Assembly (NCBI GenBank): GCA_963665125.2
Contig: CAXXUK010000001.1
Location: forward strand, 1,248,001-1,312,000
Origin: an uncultured Desulfarculus sp.
Lineage (GTDB): Bacteria; Desulfobacterota; Desulfarculia; Desulfarculales; Desulfarculaceae
Reading direction: 5' to 3'
DNA length: 64,000 nt
Under the pieces are notes generated by a model. The model saw only the letters and a program-made list of their open reading frames with translations, made no database searches and was not told the origin of the DNA. This document shows positions 47,476 through 57,549 of this stretch, piece after piece; position 1 is the stretch's first letter; every line of letters begins with the position of its first letter. The translations under genes and the position numbers were made by a program.

Positions 47476-49179
47476 TTAAAACTCTTCAAAGCCCTCCAGA
47501 TCAACCCCCTCAAAGAAGTCATCCGCGTCTTTGGTTTTCTTGGCAACCGGCTTATTGACAAGCGCGCGTTTGGCAATGGCCGTGGTCTTGGCGGATGCTG
47601 GTTTATGCGCCTGGGGCCGCGGTTTTTGGGTGACCTTGAACCCGGCCATCTGGTGCCTCAAGGAAGCCGCAGCAGTGGCCATTTCCTCGCTGGCCGAGGC
47701 TGCCTCTTCGACCAATGCCGCGTTTTGCTGAACAACCTCATCCATCTGGCTTATGGCCTTGCTCACCTGTTCGATGCCAATGGCCTGTTCCTGGATGGAA
47801 GAGTCTATCTCGCTGGAAATATCCGCCACCGACTGCACGTTGTTGATAATTTCGGAAAGCAGCGATCCGCTTTCGCCCACAAGTCTGTTGCCCTGGGCCA
47901 CTTTTTCCACGCTGTCGGTTATGAGGGACTGGATCTCCTTTGCCGCCTTGGCGCTGCGTCCGGCCAGATTGCGCACCTCTCCGGCAACAACGGCGAACCC
48001 GCGGCCGGCCTCGCCGGCCCTTGCGGCCTCCACCGCGGCGTTGAGGGCCAGCAGGTTTGTCTGGAAGGCGATCTCGTTGACGACCGTGATGATCTCGTTG
48101 ATCTTTTTACTCGACTCCGTCACGGCGCCCATGGCCGCGATGGTGCTCTGGACAACCTCGCCGCCCTTTTGGGCCACCTGGGCCGTTTGCTGGGCCATGC
48201 GGTTGGCTTCCTTGGCATGGGCGGCTTCCTGGCGCACGGCGCTTGTCATCTCTTCCATTGCGCTGGCGGTCTCCTCGATAGCCGACGCCTGCTGTTGGAC
48301 GCGTTCACTCAGGTCCTGGTTGCCCTGGCTGATTTCCATGGTTGATTGTTGAACAATATCGGCAGATTGAAGTACCTGCACAATTATTTCATTAAGTTTT
48401 TCAACGAACTTGTTGAAACCATTGGCTAAGTCAGCTATTTCATCTTTGGCCGACACCCTGATTCGGGCTGTAAGGTCGCCCTGTCCCTGGGCTATATCGG
48501 TTATCAGCTCAACGGTTTTACGCAGCGGCTTGGTCATCGAACGCGCCACCAAAACGCTTGCCAGCACCGTTGCGATGAAAATGACGACCACAACGCCGAT
48601 AATGATCAACGACAGGTTTTGGATCTGTTTGTCGACATCATCCACGTAAATGCCCGTACCAACGATCCAGCGCCATTGAGGTATGGCCTTCACATAGGAA
48701 ATCTTTGGCGAGGCTGATTGTTCACCGGGTTTCTGCCACAGGTAGTCGACGAAACCCTGTCCTTGGGTCTGGCCGATCTTGGCCATATCCGTAAAAATCG
48801 GCTTACCCGCGGCATCCGTGACGGATGAGGAGTCTTTGCCCACCAGTTCCTTGGAAAATGGATGCACTAGGGTTTTCGCTTCATAATCCAACACGAAAAA
48901 ATAGTCTTTTTGTTCGTAGCGCAGTGACCCGATAACGTCCTTGGCCCTTTGCTGGGCCAAATACAACGGCATGTCCCCCTTTTTAGCCATCTCGACGTAG
49001 TAGTTGATGATGCTGGCTGCCGTCTCGACCAGATGCCGGGTTTTAAGCCGCTTTTCTTCATGGATTGAATTGGAAAAGCGCGGAATGACCCATAGATAGG
49101 TCAGCGCCATTATCGCGGCGGCGCCCAGGGCTAGGGTGATAATCTTGGCGGCCATAGACCGCCGTATTGACAGAACCAT
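47476..49179 (-). CDS. Methyl-accepting chemotaxis protein (Cache, HAMP, signalling domain)
   Basis: Two TMs, Cache-like [39 protein letters not shown]-terminal GFEEF. Confidence 0.96.
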   Translation of the reverse strand: MVLSIRRSMAAKIITLALGAAAIMALTYLWVIPRFSNSIHEEKRLKTRHLVETAASIINYYVEMAKKGDMPLYLAQQRAKDVIGSLRYEQKDYFFVLDYEAKTLVHPFSKELVGKDSSSVTDAAGKPIFTDMAKIGQTQGQGFVDYLWQKPGEQSASPKISYVKAIPQWRWIVGTGIYVDDVDKQIQNLSLIIIGVVVVIFIATVLASVLVARSMTKPLRKTVELITDIAQGQGDLTARIRVSAKDEIADLANGFNKFVEKLNEIIVQVLQSADIVQQSTMEISQGNQDLSERVQQQASAIEETASAMEEMTSAVRQEAAHAKEANRMAQQTAQVAQKGGEVVQSTIAAMGAVTESSKKINEIITVVNEIAFQTNLLALNAAVEAARAGEAGRGFAVVAGEVRNLAGRSAKAAKEIQSLITDSVEKVAQGNRLVGESGSLLSEIINNVQSVADISSEIDSSIQEQAIGIEQVSKAISQMDEVVQQNAALVEEAASASEEMATAAASLRHQMAGFKVTQKPRPQAHKPASAKTTAIAKRALVNKPVAKKTKDADDFFEGVDLEGFEEF

Positions 49180-49335
49180 GTTTCCTCCGCGATCTCCTGG
49201 TGTTTGCGCATAAACCGGTTTTGCCCGTGGCCCCCGAATCCGCCGGTCACATTAGATCACATTGATTATACTTCGAATCATAACAGGTTAATTGGACACC
49301 TAAAAGCGCCAAAACCAATTCATTATCGCGCGGCG

Positions 49336-49998
49336 TCACATGATGACCATCTGGCCGATCCTCTTGATGACTTCCTTGGGACTGTCAACCACCTGGAACA
49401 GATCCGTATCACCCGGGCTGATCATGCCTTCGGTTTTCAATGTGTTTTCGATCCATTGTTCCAGACCGCCCCAGAATTTACTGCCCATCAGGAACACGGG
49501 GAAAGGCCGAATGCGATGGGTCTGGATAAGCGTGAGCGCCTCGGCCAGCTCGTCCAGAGTGCCGAAGCCTCCCGGCATGACAACGTAGGCGATGGAGTGC
49601 TTGACGAAAATGACCTTGCGTACAAAGAAGTACCGGAAGTTGAGCCGGACATTGGCGTAAGGGTTCGGTTTTTGTTCGAATGGCAGCTCGATGTTGAGGC
49701 CCACCGAGTGCCCTCCGGCCTCGGACGCGCCCTTGTTGGCAGCCTCCATGACGCCGCCGCCGCCGCCGGTGATCACCGAATATCCGGCATCCACCAGCAG
49801 CTTGCCCATCTCTTCCGCCTGCTTGTACACATCGGTGCCGGGCAGGGTGCGGGCCGATCCGAACACACTGACGCCTTTGGGTATTTCGCTTAACGTATCG
49901 ATACCATCGACAAACTCACTCATTATCCGAAAAAGGCGCCACGACTCCTGGGCGGAAAGCGCGTCGACCACATACTGTTTTTCACGGCCTTGATTCAT
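49336..49998 (-). CDS. LOG family protein (TIGR00730-type)
   Basis: SVFGSAR, TGGG.GVMEAANKGA, FFVRK, PGGFGTLDE. Confidence 0.92.
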   Translation of the reverse strand: MNQGREKQYVVDALSAQESWRLFRIMSEFVDGIDTLSEIPKGVSVFGSARTLPGTDVYKQAEEMGKLLVDAGYSVITGGGGGVMEAANKGASEAGGHSVGLNIELPFEQKPNPYANVRLNFRYFFVRKVIFVKHSIAYVVMPGGFGTLDELAEALTLIQTHRIRPFPVFLMGSKFWGGLEQWIENTLKTEGMISPGDTDLFQVVDSPKEVIKRIGQMVIM

Positions 49999-50163
49999 AT
50001 TTCATTACCTCTGACAGAGCAAAGATGTTGATTAGCTACCCCCATTGTTTGTTGAATCAAACAATGCGAACAGATAATATTAACGCCCAATAGTATTTAT
50101 AAATTCCAAAACGTGTCAATAGCGGTCGGCCAGCTATTTACCCGCAACATTGTCGGAGATGTC

Positions 50164-51801
50164 ATGCAGATTACTTGTCTCGGAGCCGCGCGCACCGTCA
50201 CCGGCTCTTCTTACCTCGTGGAAACAGGTGATGACAATTGCTTTTTGGTGGACTGCGGTCTTTTCCAGGGCGGCAGAAAGATAGAAGAGCGCAACTGGGA
50301 TGTCGCCGCCCACCGCGCCGGAGAAATTAAGGCCATATTCATCACCCATGCCCATATCGACCACTCCGGCCTGGTGCCGCGGCTGGTGCGCATGGGTTTT
50401 CAGGGTCCGGTCTACGCCACCACGGCCACGGCCCAGTTGCTGCGTATTCTCTGGCTTGATTCGGCTCACATTCAAGAATCTGAAGCCCAATGGCAAAACA
50501 GGAAGAACAAACGCCAGGGCGGCAAGGATATTGAACCGCTGTACGAGACGCCCGACGCCGAGGCCTCGATCAATCTTATCGCCCCGATTGAGTTGGACAC
50601 CGTCTTTGAGCCCATTCCAGGCGTTAACGCCAAATACGTTACGGCTGGCCATATCCTGGGCGCTGCCAGCCTGCATCTGCATATTAAAAACGAAACCGGG
50701 GAGCACAGGGTGGGCTTCAGCGGCGACATCGGCAGGCCCAATCAGCTTATCGTGCCCGATCCGGTGCAGCTTCCCCAGGTCGACACCCTGTTCATGGAAA
50801 CGACCTATGGCGAACGCAATCACAAAACCATCAGCGACAGCGAAAAAGAACTAATCGACGTTATCACCCAAGCCTACAACGAGGGCGGCCGGGTTGTGAT
50901 TCCCTCTTTCGCCGTGGAGCGCACCCAGGAGCTTATCTTTGTCATGGCCAAGGCCTGGCGCGATGGTAGATGGCCCGGCGAAATGCCGGTGTACCTGGAT
51001 TCCCCGTTAGCCATCAAAGCAACTGAAATCTTCCGGCAAAACCCGGAATTCTTTGACGAAGAGACCAAGGAAATCCTTGAAAACGGCGATCGACCCCTGA
51101 ACTTCCCCTACCTGAAATTCACGCCTTCCACGGCCGACAGCATGGCCATCAACGAGCAAAACGGGCCCTTCGTGGTCATCGCCGGCAACGGCATGGGCAC
51201 GGCCGGCCGCATCAAACATCATCTGAAACACAACCTGTGGCGCCCCAATTGCCACGTTCTCATCGTGGGTTTCCAGGCCCAGGGCACCACCGGCCGCCAG
51301 TTAGTGGAAGGCGCAGACACGGTCAGGATATTCCGCGAGGATGTTTCCGTGAACGCCACGATTCACACCATCGGCGGTTTTTCGGCCCACGCAGGCCAGA
51401 CGGAACTTATCGATTGGCTCCGGCCCCAGGTGCATGACGGACTCAAGGTCAACCTGATCCACGGCGAGGAAAGCCAATCTCTGGGATTCGCCAAGCTGGC
51501 CCAAAAGACATTCCCCCAGGTCCGTTTCCACGTTCCGAAATGGATGGAGACCCTTGTGCTGGAGGCTGCCGAGATCATCGCCGCCATGCCCGAGGAGATC
51601 TTCCCCGAACCAGCCGCAGTGGCCGACATGGGTCAACGCCGCAAGATGGTGGCCGAGGTCCGCTCCCTGCGCAACCGCCTGGAAGACATCATGGTGGAGT
51701 TGCTGGCCGGCGAATGCGGCACGGACGCGGTCTGCCTGGATGGCCTGCACGAGGCCCTGCAAAAGGCCGACGCCGCCTTGCAGACGTGGGAGGCCGCCTA
51801 A
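50164..51801 (+). CDS. MBL-fold beta-CASP metallo-hydrolase (RNA-processing type)
   Basis: GAARTVTGS, DCGLFQG, THAHIDHSG, AGHILG, ETTYG, FSAHA, HGE. Confidence 0.92.
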   Translation: MQITCLGAARTVTGSSYLVETGDDNCFLVDCGLFQGGRKIEERNWDVAAHRAGEIKAIFITHAHIDHSGLVPRLVRMGFQGPVYATTATAQLLRILWLDSAHIQESEAQWQNRKNKRQGGKDIEPLYETPDAEASINLIAPIELDTVFEPIPGVNAKYVTAGHILGAASLHLHIKNETGEHRVGFSGDIGRPNQLIVPDPVQLPQVDTLFMETTYGERNHKTISDSEKELIDVITQAYNEGGRVVIPSFAVERTQELIFVMAKAWRDGRWPGEMPVYLDSPLAIKATEIFRQNPEFFDEETKEILENGDRPLNFPYLKFTPSTADSMAINEQNGPFVVIAGNGMGTAGRIKHHLKHNLWRPNCHVLIVGFQAQGTTGRQLVEGADTVRIFREDVSVNATIHTIGGFSAHAGQTELIDWLRPQVHDGLKVNLIHGEESQSLGFAKLAQKTFPQVRFHVPKWMETLVLEAAEIIAAMPEEIFPEPAAVADMGQRRKMVAEVRSLRNRLEDIMVELLAGECGTDAVCLDGLHEALQKADAALQTWEAA

Positions 51802-51804
51802 ACC

Positions 51805-54288
51805 GTGGACAAAAGCCGCCTGATCAGCAACGTGATAAAACCCGCCCGGTACATCGGCGGCGAACCTTTCTGCGTGGTCAAGGACCAGGACCAGGTGCGT
51901 CTGAATCTGGCCCTGGTCTTTCCAGAGATTTATGAAATCGCCATGAGCCACCAGGGGCTCAAGGTGCTCTACAATCAACTTGCCCCGCGGGCCGACGTGT
52001 CGGCCGAGCGGGTGTTTTGCCCCTGGCACGACCTCATGGACGTGCTATACGCCAACGGCGAGGGCCCCTGGTCCCTGGAAACCGGCCGCGGGCTGGCCGA
52101 TTTCGACGCCATCGGCTTTTCCCTGCAATACGAGCTGACCTACACCAACCTGCTGCACATGCTCAAACTCGCGGGCATACCCCTGCGCCGGGAGGACCGC
52201 GGACCGGCCGACCCGGTGATCATCGCCGGGGGGCCCTGCGCGGTCAATCCCGAGCCCCTGGCCGATTTCCTGGATCTGGCGGCCATCGGCGACGGCGAGG
52301 CAATGATCGGCGAGTTGTGCGACCTGCTGATCATGTCCAAGGATCAAGGCTGGTCCAGGGATGAGCTGTATCATCGGGCCATGGACATCCCCGGCGTCTA
52401 CGCCCCGGCCCTTTTCCTGCCGGTGTATCAAGACGGACGCCTTGCCGAAATCAAGGCCCTGGACCCGGCCCACACCAAGGTGCAACGGCGCATCGAAGCC
52501 GACCTGGGCGCCTGGCCGCCTCCTCAAACTCCCGTGCTGCCACTGGTCAAGCCGGTGCACGACCGCCTGGGCATGGAGATATCCCGGGGTTGCACCAGGG
52601 GCTGCCGCTTTTGCCAGGCGGGCTTCATCTACCGGCCCGTGCGGGAGCGCCCGGCCGAGCAGGTGGTGGAAGCCCTGACGGCGGCGGTTGACCACAGCGG
52701 TTTGGACGAAACGGCTCTATTGTCTTTGTCGGCCGGCGACTACACCTGCATCGAACCCCTGGCCGCAGCCCTGATGAATATCCTGGAGCCGCGCATGGTC
52801 AGCATAAGTCTGCCTTCGCTAAGGGTTGACTCCCTTAGCGAGGAGTTGATCGCCCAGATCAAGCGGGTGCGCAAAACCGGCTTTACCTTGGCGCCCGAGG
52901 CGGGCAGCGACCGCATGCGGTCGGTCATCAACAAGGACCTGAGCAAAGATCAGATACTCGAGACCGCCCAGCGGGTGTTCGGCCTGGGCTGGAACCTGAT
53001 CAAACTCTATTTCATGATCGGCCTGCCCGGCGAGACCGAAGAAGACATCCTGGCCATCGGCGAGCTGAGCCGCCAGGTGGCTGCCCTTTCCCGCAGCCGG
53101 GGCCGCAAGCCGGTGGTTCACAGCAGCATCGGCATTTTCGTGCCCAAGCCCCACACCCCGTTCCAATGGGAAAGCCAGTTGAACCTGAAGCAGGCCCAGC
53201 AGGCCCTTTACCTGGCCAGGGGCAATGTAAACGGCCGGGTCAAGGCCAAGTGGAACGACCCCTACCAGTCGGTGATCGAAGGCATCATGGCCCGGGGCGA
53301 CAGACGCCTGGGCCCGGTTTTGGAGCATTTGGTCGAAGCCGGTTGCCGCTTTGACGGTTGGTCCGAGCAGCTCGATTACAGCGCCTGGATGGAGGCGCTG
53401 GAGTCCAACGGCCTGAGACTGGACGATTTCCTACGGCCCAGGGACCTCGATGAAGTGCTGCCCTGGGACCACATCGACGTGGGCGTAACCAAGAAATACC
53501 TCAAGTTAGAGCGCAAAAAGGCCTTGGAAGGCACGCGCACGGCAGACTGCCGCGGCGGAGACTGCTCAGGCTGCGGTGTATGCGACTTTGAAACAATCCA
53601 ACCAAAGCTGGCCCCCACGCCGCCGCGGCTGCGGCCCTATGAACCGGTGGTGTCCAGCGGCCAGTATTACAAATACAGATTCCGCCTGGAAAAGACCGGC
53701 CAGGCCCGCTTTATCGGTCATCTGGAAATGATGACCCTGGTGATGCGGGCCTTCCGCCATGCCAATGCCCCCCTGGCCTTTACCCAGGGCTTTAACCCGC
53801 AAGCCAAGGTCAAGGCCTGTTCGGCCCTGCCCCTGGGCGTGGAAAGCCTGGTTGAAGTAATCGAAATCACCACCACAAGCCCCTGCGACCCCGCCGATCT
53901 GGCCCAGAAGGCTAGCCATGCCCTGCCCCAAGGCATGCTTTTGGCCGACGGCAGGACCTCCCGGCCCAAGGAAGGGCTGGCTGAACCCGACAGCGTGACC
54001 TATCAGGTGCGCTCTGATGAGCAACTGGACCGGAGCCTCTTGGAAGAGTTCATTCAAGCGGACGCCTGGCCCTATACGCGGTTCAGCCCAAAAGGCAGCA
54101 GGGAGATGAATTTCCGGCAAACTGTGCGTAAAATTGAGTTTGCCGACGATCATCTGTTGCTGGAGGTGGGCCGCGAGGGCGGCAGGCCCAAACCAGCCGA
54201 AGTGCTCGAAAGCATTTTCGGGCTCAGCCCGGAACAGGCCGCCGGGGCCAGGGCCCTGAAAATCCAGGCCCGATGGGGAGAAAACTAA
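51805..54288 (+). CDS. B12-binding radical SAM protein (TIGR03960-type) fused to C-terminal TIGR03936/DUF2344-type domain
   Basis: KPARYIGGE, YEIAMSH, RGCTRGCRFC, APEAG, PKPHTPFQW; C-terminal K.G.ARFIGHLE...FTQGFNP. Confidence 0.92.
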   Translation: MDKSRLISNVIKPARYIGGEPFCVVKDQDQVRLNLALVFPEIYEIAMSHQGLKVLYNQLAPRADVSAERVFCPWHDLMDVLYANGEGPWSLETGRGLADFDAIGFSLQYELTYTNLLHMLKLAGIPLRREDRGPADPVIIAGGPCAVNPEPLADFLDLAAIGDGEAMIGELCDLLIMSKDQGWSRDELYHRAMDIPGVYAPALFLPVYQDGRLAEIKALDPAHTKVQRRIEADLGAWPPPQTPVLPLVKPVHDRLGMEISRGCTRGCRFCQAGFIYRPVRERPAEQVVEALTAAVDHSGLDETALLSLSAGDYTCIEPLAAALMNILEPRMVSISLPSLRVDSLSEELIAQIKRVRKTGFTLAPEAGSDRMRSVINKDLSKDQILETAQRVFGLGWNLIKLYFMIGLPGETEEDILAIGELSRQVAALSRSRGRKPVVHSSIGIFVPKPHTPFQWESQLNLKQAQQALYLARGNVNGRVKAKWNDPYQSVIEGIMARGDRRLGPVLEHLVEAGCRFDGWSEQLDYSAWMEALESNGLRLDDFLRPRDLDEVLPWDHIDVGVTKKYLKLERKKALEGTRTADCRGGDCSGCGVCDFETIQPKLAPTPPRLRPYEPVVSSGQYYKYRFRLEKTGQARFIGHLEMMTLVMRAFRHANAPLAFTQGFNPQAKVKACSALPLGVESLVEVIEITTTSPCDPADLAQKASHALPQGMLLADGRTSRPKEGLAEPDSVTYQVRSDEQLDRSLLEEFIQADAWPYTRFSPKGSREMNFRQTVRKIEFADDHLLLEVGREGGRPKPAEVLESIFGLSPEQAAGARALKIQARWGEN

Positions 54289-54289
54289 C

Positions 54290-55816
54290 GTGTCCGCCAC
54301 ACTGCTTATAAACGCGCGCTCATATGAAACAAGGGTCGCCCTGCTGGAAAACGGCCACTGTGTGGAGGTCTACACGGAACGCCACAAGCAAGGCTCCCTG
54401 GCCGGCAACATCTATCTGGGCCGGGTGGCCAGGGTCCTGCCGGGCATGCAGGCCGCGTTCGTGGACGTAGGTCTGCCCAAGGCGGCGTTTTTGTATGTGG
54501 GCGACGTGCGCACCGATGTCAGCCCAGACGACGTGATCCGCGAAGAAGAGGCCGACCGCAACGGCATGGGAGGTTCCCGGAACGGGCAGCCAGGACCCCT
54601 GGGCCAGGAAGGCCAGCCCCGCATCGAACAGCTCTTGACCCAAGGCCAGGAGATAATGGTCCAGGTGGCCAAGGAGCCCTTGGGCTCAAAGGGCGCCCGA
54701 ATCACCACTCATATCACCCTGCCCGGCCGCAATCTGGTGTTGATGCCCACCCTGAACCATATCGGAGTAAGCCGCCGCATCGAAGTAGAAGACGAGCGCA
54801 TCCGCCTGCGCCAGACCATCGAACAGATGTCGCCCGATGGCTATGGCTTTATCGCCCGCACGGCCAGCGAATCCCAGGAACCGGAAAAGCTGCGGGCCGA
54901 AATGGACTTCCTTGTGTCCCTGTGGGAATCGATCCTCCAGCGCCGCAGCCGGGCCCAACTGCCCAGCATGCTCCACCGAGACCTTTCGGTGAGTCTGCGG
55001 GCCGTGCGCGACCTGTGCACCCGCGAGGTCGATCACATGGTCATCGACTGCGAACAGGAATATCACGAGGTCGTTGAATTCGTTTCCACCTTCATGCCCC
55101 GGCTGCGGCCCTGCGTGGAGCTCTACAACGACGTGGAACCCATTTTCGACTACTACGGCGTGGAGCATGAACTGACCAGGGCCCTTGGCCGCAAGGTGTG
55201 GCTCAAATCCGGCGGCTATGTGGTCATCGAAAAAACCGAGGCCCTGACCACCATCGACGTCAACACCGGCCGCTACGTGGGCGGACACAACCTTGAAGAA
55301 ACCATCCTCAAGACCAACCTGGAGGCCGTCCGGGAGATCGCCTGCCAGATCCGCCTGCGGGACATCGGCGGCCTTATCGTCATCGACTTCATCGACATGG
55401 AAAAGGAGCCCCACCGCAACCGCGTAGTCGACGCTCTCAAGGACGCCCTGCGCTCGGACCGCTCCAAGACCAATGTCCTGCCCATGAGCCCCCTTGGCCT
55501 TGTGGAGATGACCCGCAAACGGGTGCGCCAATCCCTGGGTGAGAGCCTCACCGAGCCCTGCCTCTATTGCCACGGCTCGGGCAAAATCAAGGACGCCAGC
55601 ACCACCTGCTACGAAATATTCCGGGAACTGGAGCGCGAGTTGCCCCATGTGGACGCCGAGACCGTGCATGTGTCGGTGCATCCCACGGTGGCCGATGTGA
55701 TGCTCCAGGAAGAGCGTTATGTCCTGGAAGAGCTGGAAACCCTTTTGGGCCTTACCATCCAGGTGGACGCCGATCACACTCTGCACCGCGAGTATTTCAC
55801 CATCTGCCCGGAGTAG
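54290..55816 (+). CDS. rng: Ribonuclease G (Rne/Rng family)
   Basis: GNIYLGRV..VLPGMQAAFVD, KEPLGSKGAR, TEALTTIDVNTG, IDFIDM, C..C.G.G. Confidence 0.93.
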   Translation: MSATLLINARSYETRVALLENGHCVEVYTERHKQGSLAGNIYLGRVARVLPGMQAAFVDVGLPKAAFLYVGDVRTDVSPDDVIREEEADRNGMGGSRNGQPGPLGQEGQPRIEQLLTQGQEIMVQVAKEPLGSKGARITTHITLPGRNLVLMPTLNHIGVSRRIEVEDERIRLRQTIEQMSPDGYGFIARTASESQEPEKLRAEMDFLVSLWESILQRRSRAQLPSMLHRDLSVSLRAVRDLCTREVDHMVIDCEQEYHEVVEFVSTFMPRLRPCVELYNDVEPIFDYYGVEHELTRALGRKVWLKSGGYVVIEKTEALTTIDVNTGRYVGGHNLEETILKTNLEAVREIACQIRLRDIGGLIVIDFIDMEKEPHRNRVVDALKDALRSDRSKTNVLPMSPLGLVEMTRKRVRQSLGESLTEPCLYCHGSGKIKDASTTCYEIFRELERELPHVDAETVHVSVHPTVADVMLQEERYVLEELETLLGLTIQVDADHTLHREYFTICPE

Positions 55817-55931
55817 GCCTTCGCCTTTGCCGCGCTGTCCGTTTTTGCCTTCATATGCGGCGAAACGCCCTGTCGTTTCGTGCAATAGCCGTTTTGCGAT
55901 GACTTAATAGCTATATTCTAGCTACATTTAC

Positions 55932-55960
55932 TTGACGAAACGGCGGGGATTTCATATCGT
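55932..55960 (+). promoter_or_regulatory. Putative sigma70 promoter of acyl-CoA dehydrogenase
   Basis: TTGACG-N17-TATCGT. Confidence 0.55.
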
Positions 55961-55992
55961 GGGACAGACGCGCTATTCAACCGGAGGCGATT

Positions 55993-57144
55993 ATGGACTT
56001 CCAATTATCCATGGAACAAGAAATCCTGCGTAAAAGCGTCCGCGATTTCGCGGAAAAGGAAATTGCACCCAAAGCCCAGGAACTCGACCGCAAGGAGGAG
56101 TTCTCCCTGGAGACTTTCCAGGCCATGGCCGAGCTCGGCCTTTTCGGCATGGTGGTCAGCGAGGATTACGGTGGCCAGGGCATGGACTACATCTCCTACA
56201 TCATCGCCGTGGAAGAGATAGCCAGGGTCGATGGCTCCCACGGCGCAACGGTCGCCGCGGGCAATTCCCTGGGCATAGGCCCCCTGTATTATTACGGCAG
56301 TGAAGAGCAAAAGAAAAAGTACCTGCCCAAGCTCTGTTCTGGCGAGGGTCTGTGGGGCTTCGGCCTGACCGAACCCAACGCCGGTTCCGACGCCGGAGGC
56401 TCGCGCACCACCGCCATATTGGACGGCGACGAGTGGGTCATCAACGGCTCCAAGATTTTCATCACCAATGCCTCGGCACCAAATTCCCTGGGCTGCACGG
56501 TCATGGCCCGCACGGGCACCTATGACGACGGCCGCCCCGAGTTAAGCTGCATCCTGGTGGAAAACGGCACCCCCGGCTACGAGGCCAGGGAAATGCACGG
56601 CAAGATGATGTGGCGGGCCTCAAACACCTCGGAGCTGTACTTTGACGACTGCCGGGTGCCCAAATCCAACATCCTGGGCGACCGGGGCAAGGGCTTTCAC
56701 CAGATGCTGGCCACCCTCGACGCCGGACGCCTATCCATCGGCGCCCTGGGCATAGGCGGCGCCCAGGGGGCCTTTGATCTGGCCCTGAAATACGCCAAGG
56801 AGCGCGAACAGTTCGGCAAGCCCATCAGCACATTCCAGATCAACGCCTTCAAGCTGGCCGACATGGCCATGGAGATCGAGGCCGCCCGTCTTCTGCTCTA
56901 CAAGGCCTGTTGGCTCAAGGACAACCACCAGTCCTTCAGCAAGCTGGCGGCCATGGGCAAGCTCTACGCCTCCGAGGTCATGGGCCGTGTGGTCAGCGAG
57001 GCCGTGCAACTTCACGGCGGCTACGGTCTGATGCAGGAATACGACGTTGAACGCTTCTACCGCGACCAAAAGCTCCTGACCATCGGCGAAGGCACCAGCG
57101 AGGTCCAACGACTGGTCATCGCCAGGTTGATCGGGGCTATTTAG
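55993..57144 (+). CDS. Acyl-CoA dehydrogenase
   Basis: FGLTEPNAGSD, NGSKIFITN, REQFGKPI, QLHGGYG, IGEGTSEVQR; GGAGG RBS. Confidence 0.96.
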   Translation: MDFQLSMEQEILRKSVRDFAEKEIAPKAQELDRKEEFSLETFQAMAELGLFGMVVSEDYGGQGMDYISYIIAVEEIARVDGSHGATVAAGNSLGIGPLYYYGSEEQKKKYLPKLCSGEGLWGFGLTEPNAGSDAGGSRTTAILDGDEWVINGSKIFITNASAPNSLGCTVMARTGTYDDGRPELSCILVENGTPGYEAREMHGKMMWRASNTSELYFDDCRVPKSNILGDRGKGFHQMLATLDAGRLSIGALGIGGAQGAFDLALKYAKEREQFGKPISTFQINAFKLADMAMEIEAARLLLYKACWLKDNHQSFSKLAAMGKLYASEVMGRVVSEAVQLHGGYGLMQEYDVERFYRDQKLLTIGEGTSEVQRLVIARLIGAI

Positions 57145-57148
57145 ATTC

Positions 57149-57426
57149 TTTTCTTGGGGGGCTTTTTGAAAAAAGCCCCCCAAACCCCGCAAAAACTTTT
57201 CCGCGAAATCATTTACGCCTGCGGCGCAAATGATTTCGCGGCGTTTTGCGTGCTTTGTGGGTTTGCAAAGCACGCAAATTAATTGCACGCAGTAACGGCC
57301 CCACTTGTTTTGTCAAAGACAAAACAAGTGGGGCCGGTGGCGGCAGACGGGTGTGCGGAAAACAAACGGCGGCCCTGATTTGGCCTACGGCCAAATCAGG
57401 GCCGCATGTGGTTTTCTTTTTGGAGG
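57149..57426 (+). repeat. Multi-hairpin intergenic repeat, copy 3 (H1-H4 plus an extra hairpin, H5 missing)
   Basis: Hairpins 57154-57183, 57201-57241, 57245-57278, 57296-57336 (19 bp perfect), 57369-57405 (17 bp perfect); tail GGTTTTCTTTTTGGA shared with copy 2. Confidence 0.88.
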
Positions 57427-57462
57427 TGCCCCCCATAAGACCTTCCTCGCTGAATGAAGAAC

Positions 57463-57490
57463 TTGCCATGCGGAATTTGAAGTTTATAAT
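57463..57490 (+). promoter_or_regulatory. Putative sigma70 promoter of the RND operon
   Basis: TTGCCA-N16-TATAAT. Confidence 0.6.
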
Positions 57491-57549
57491 CTTAGAAGCT
57501 GCTGTGAATCACTCCTGACTATTTCCTTTACTCATGGGTTATTGAATAT

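Noticed and set aside
49200..49232. c-di-GMP-I riboswitch upstream of the MCP (minus strand GGGCAAA...GCGCAAA)
   Set aside because: No GAAA-capped P2 stem or tetraloop receptor, and spacing is too short
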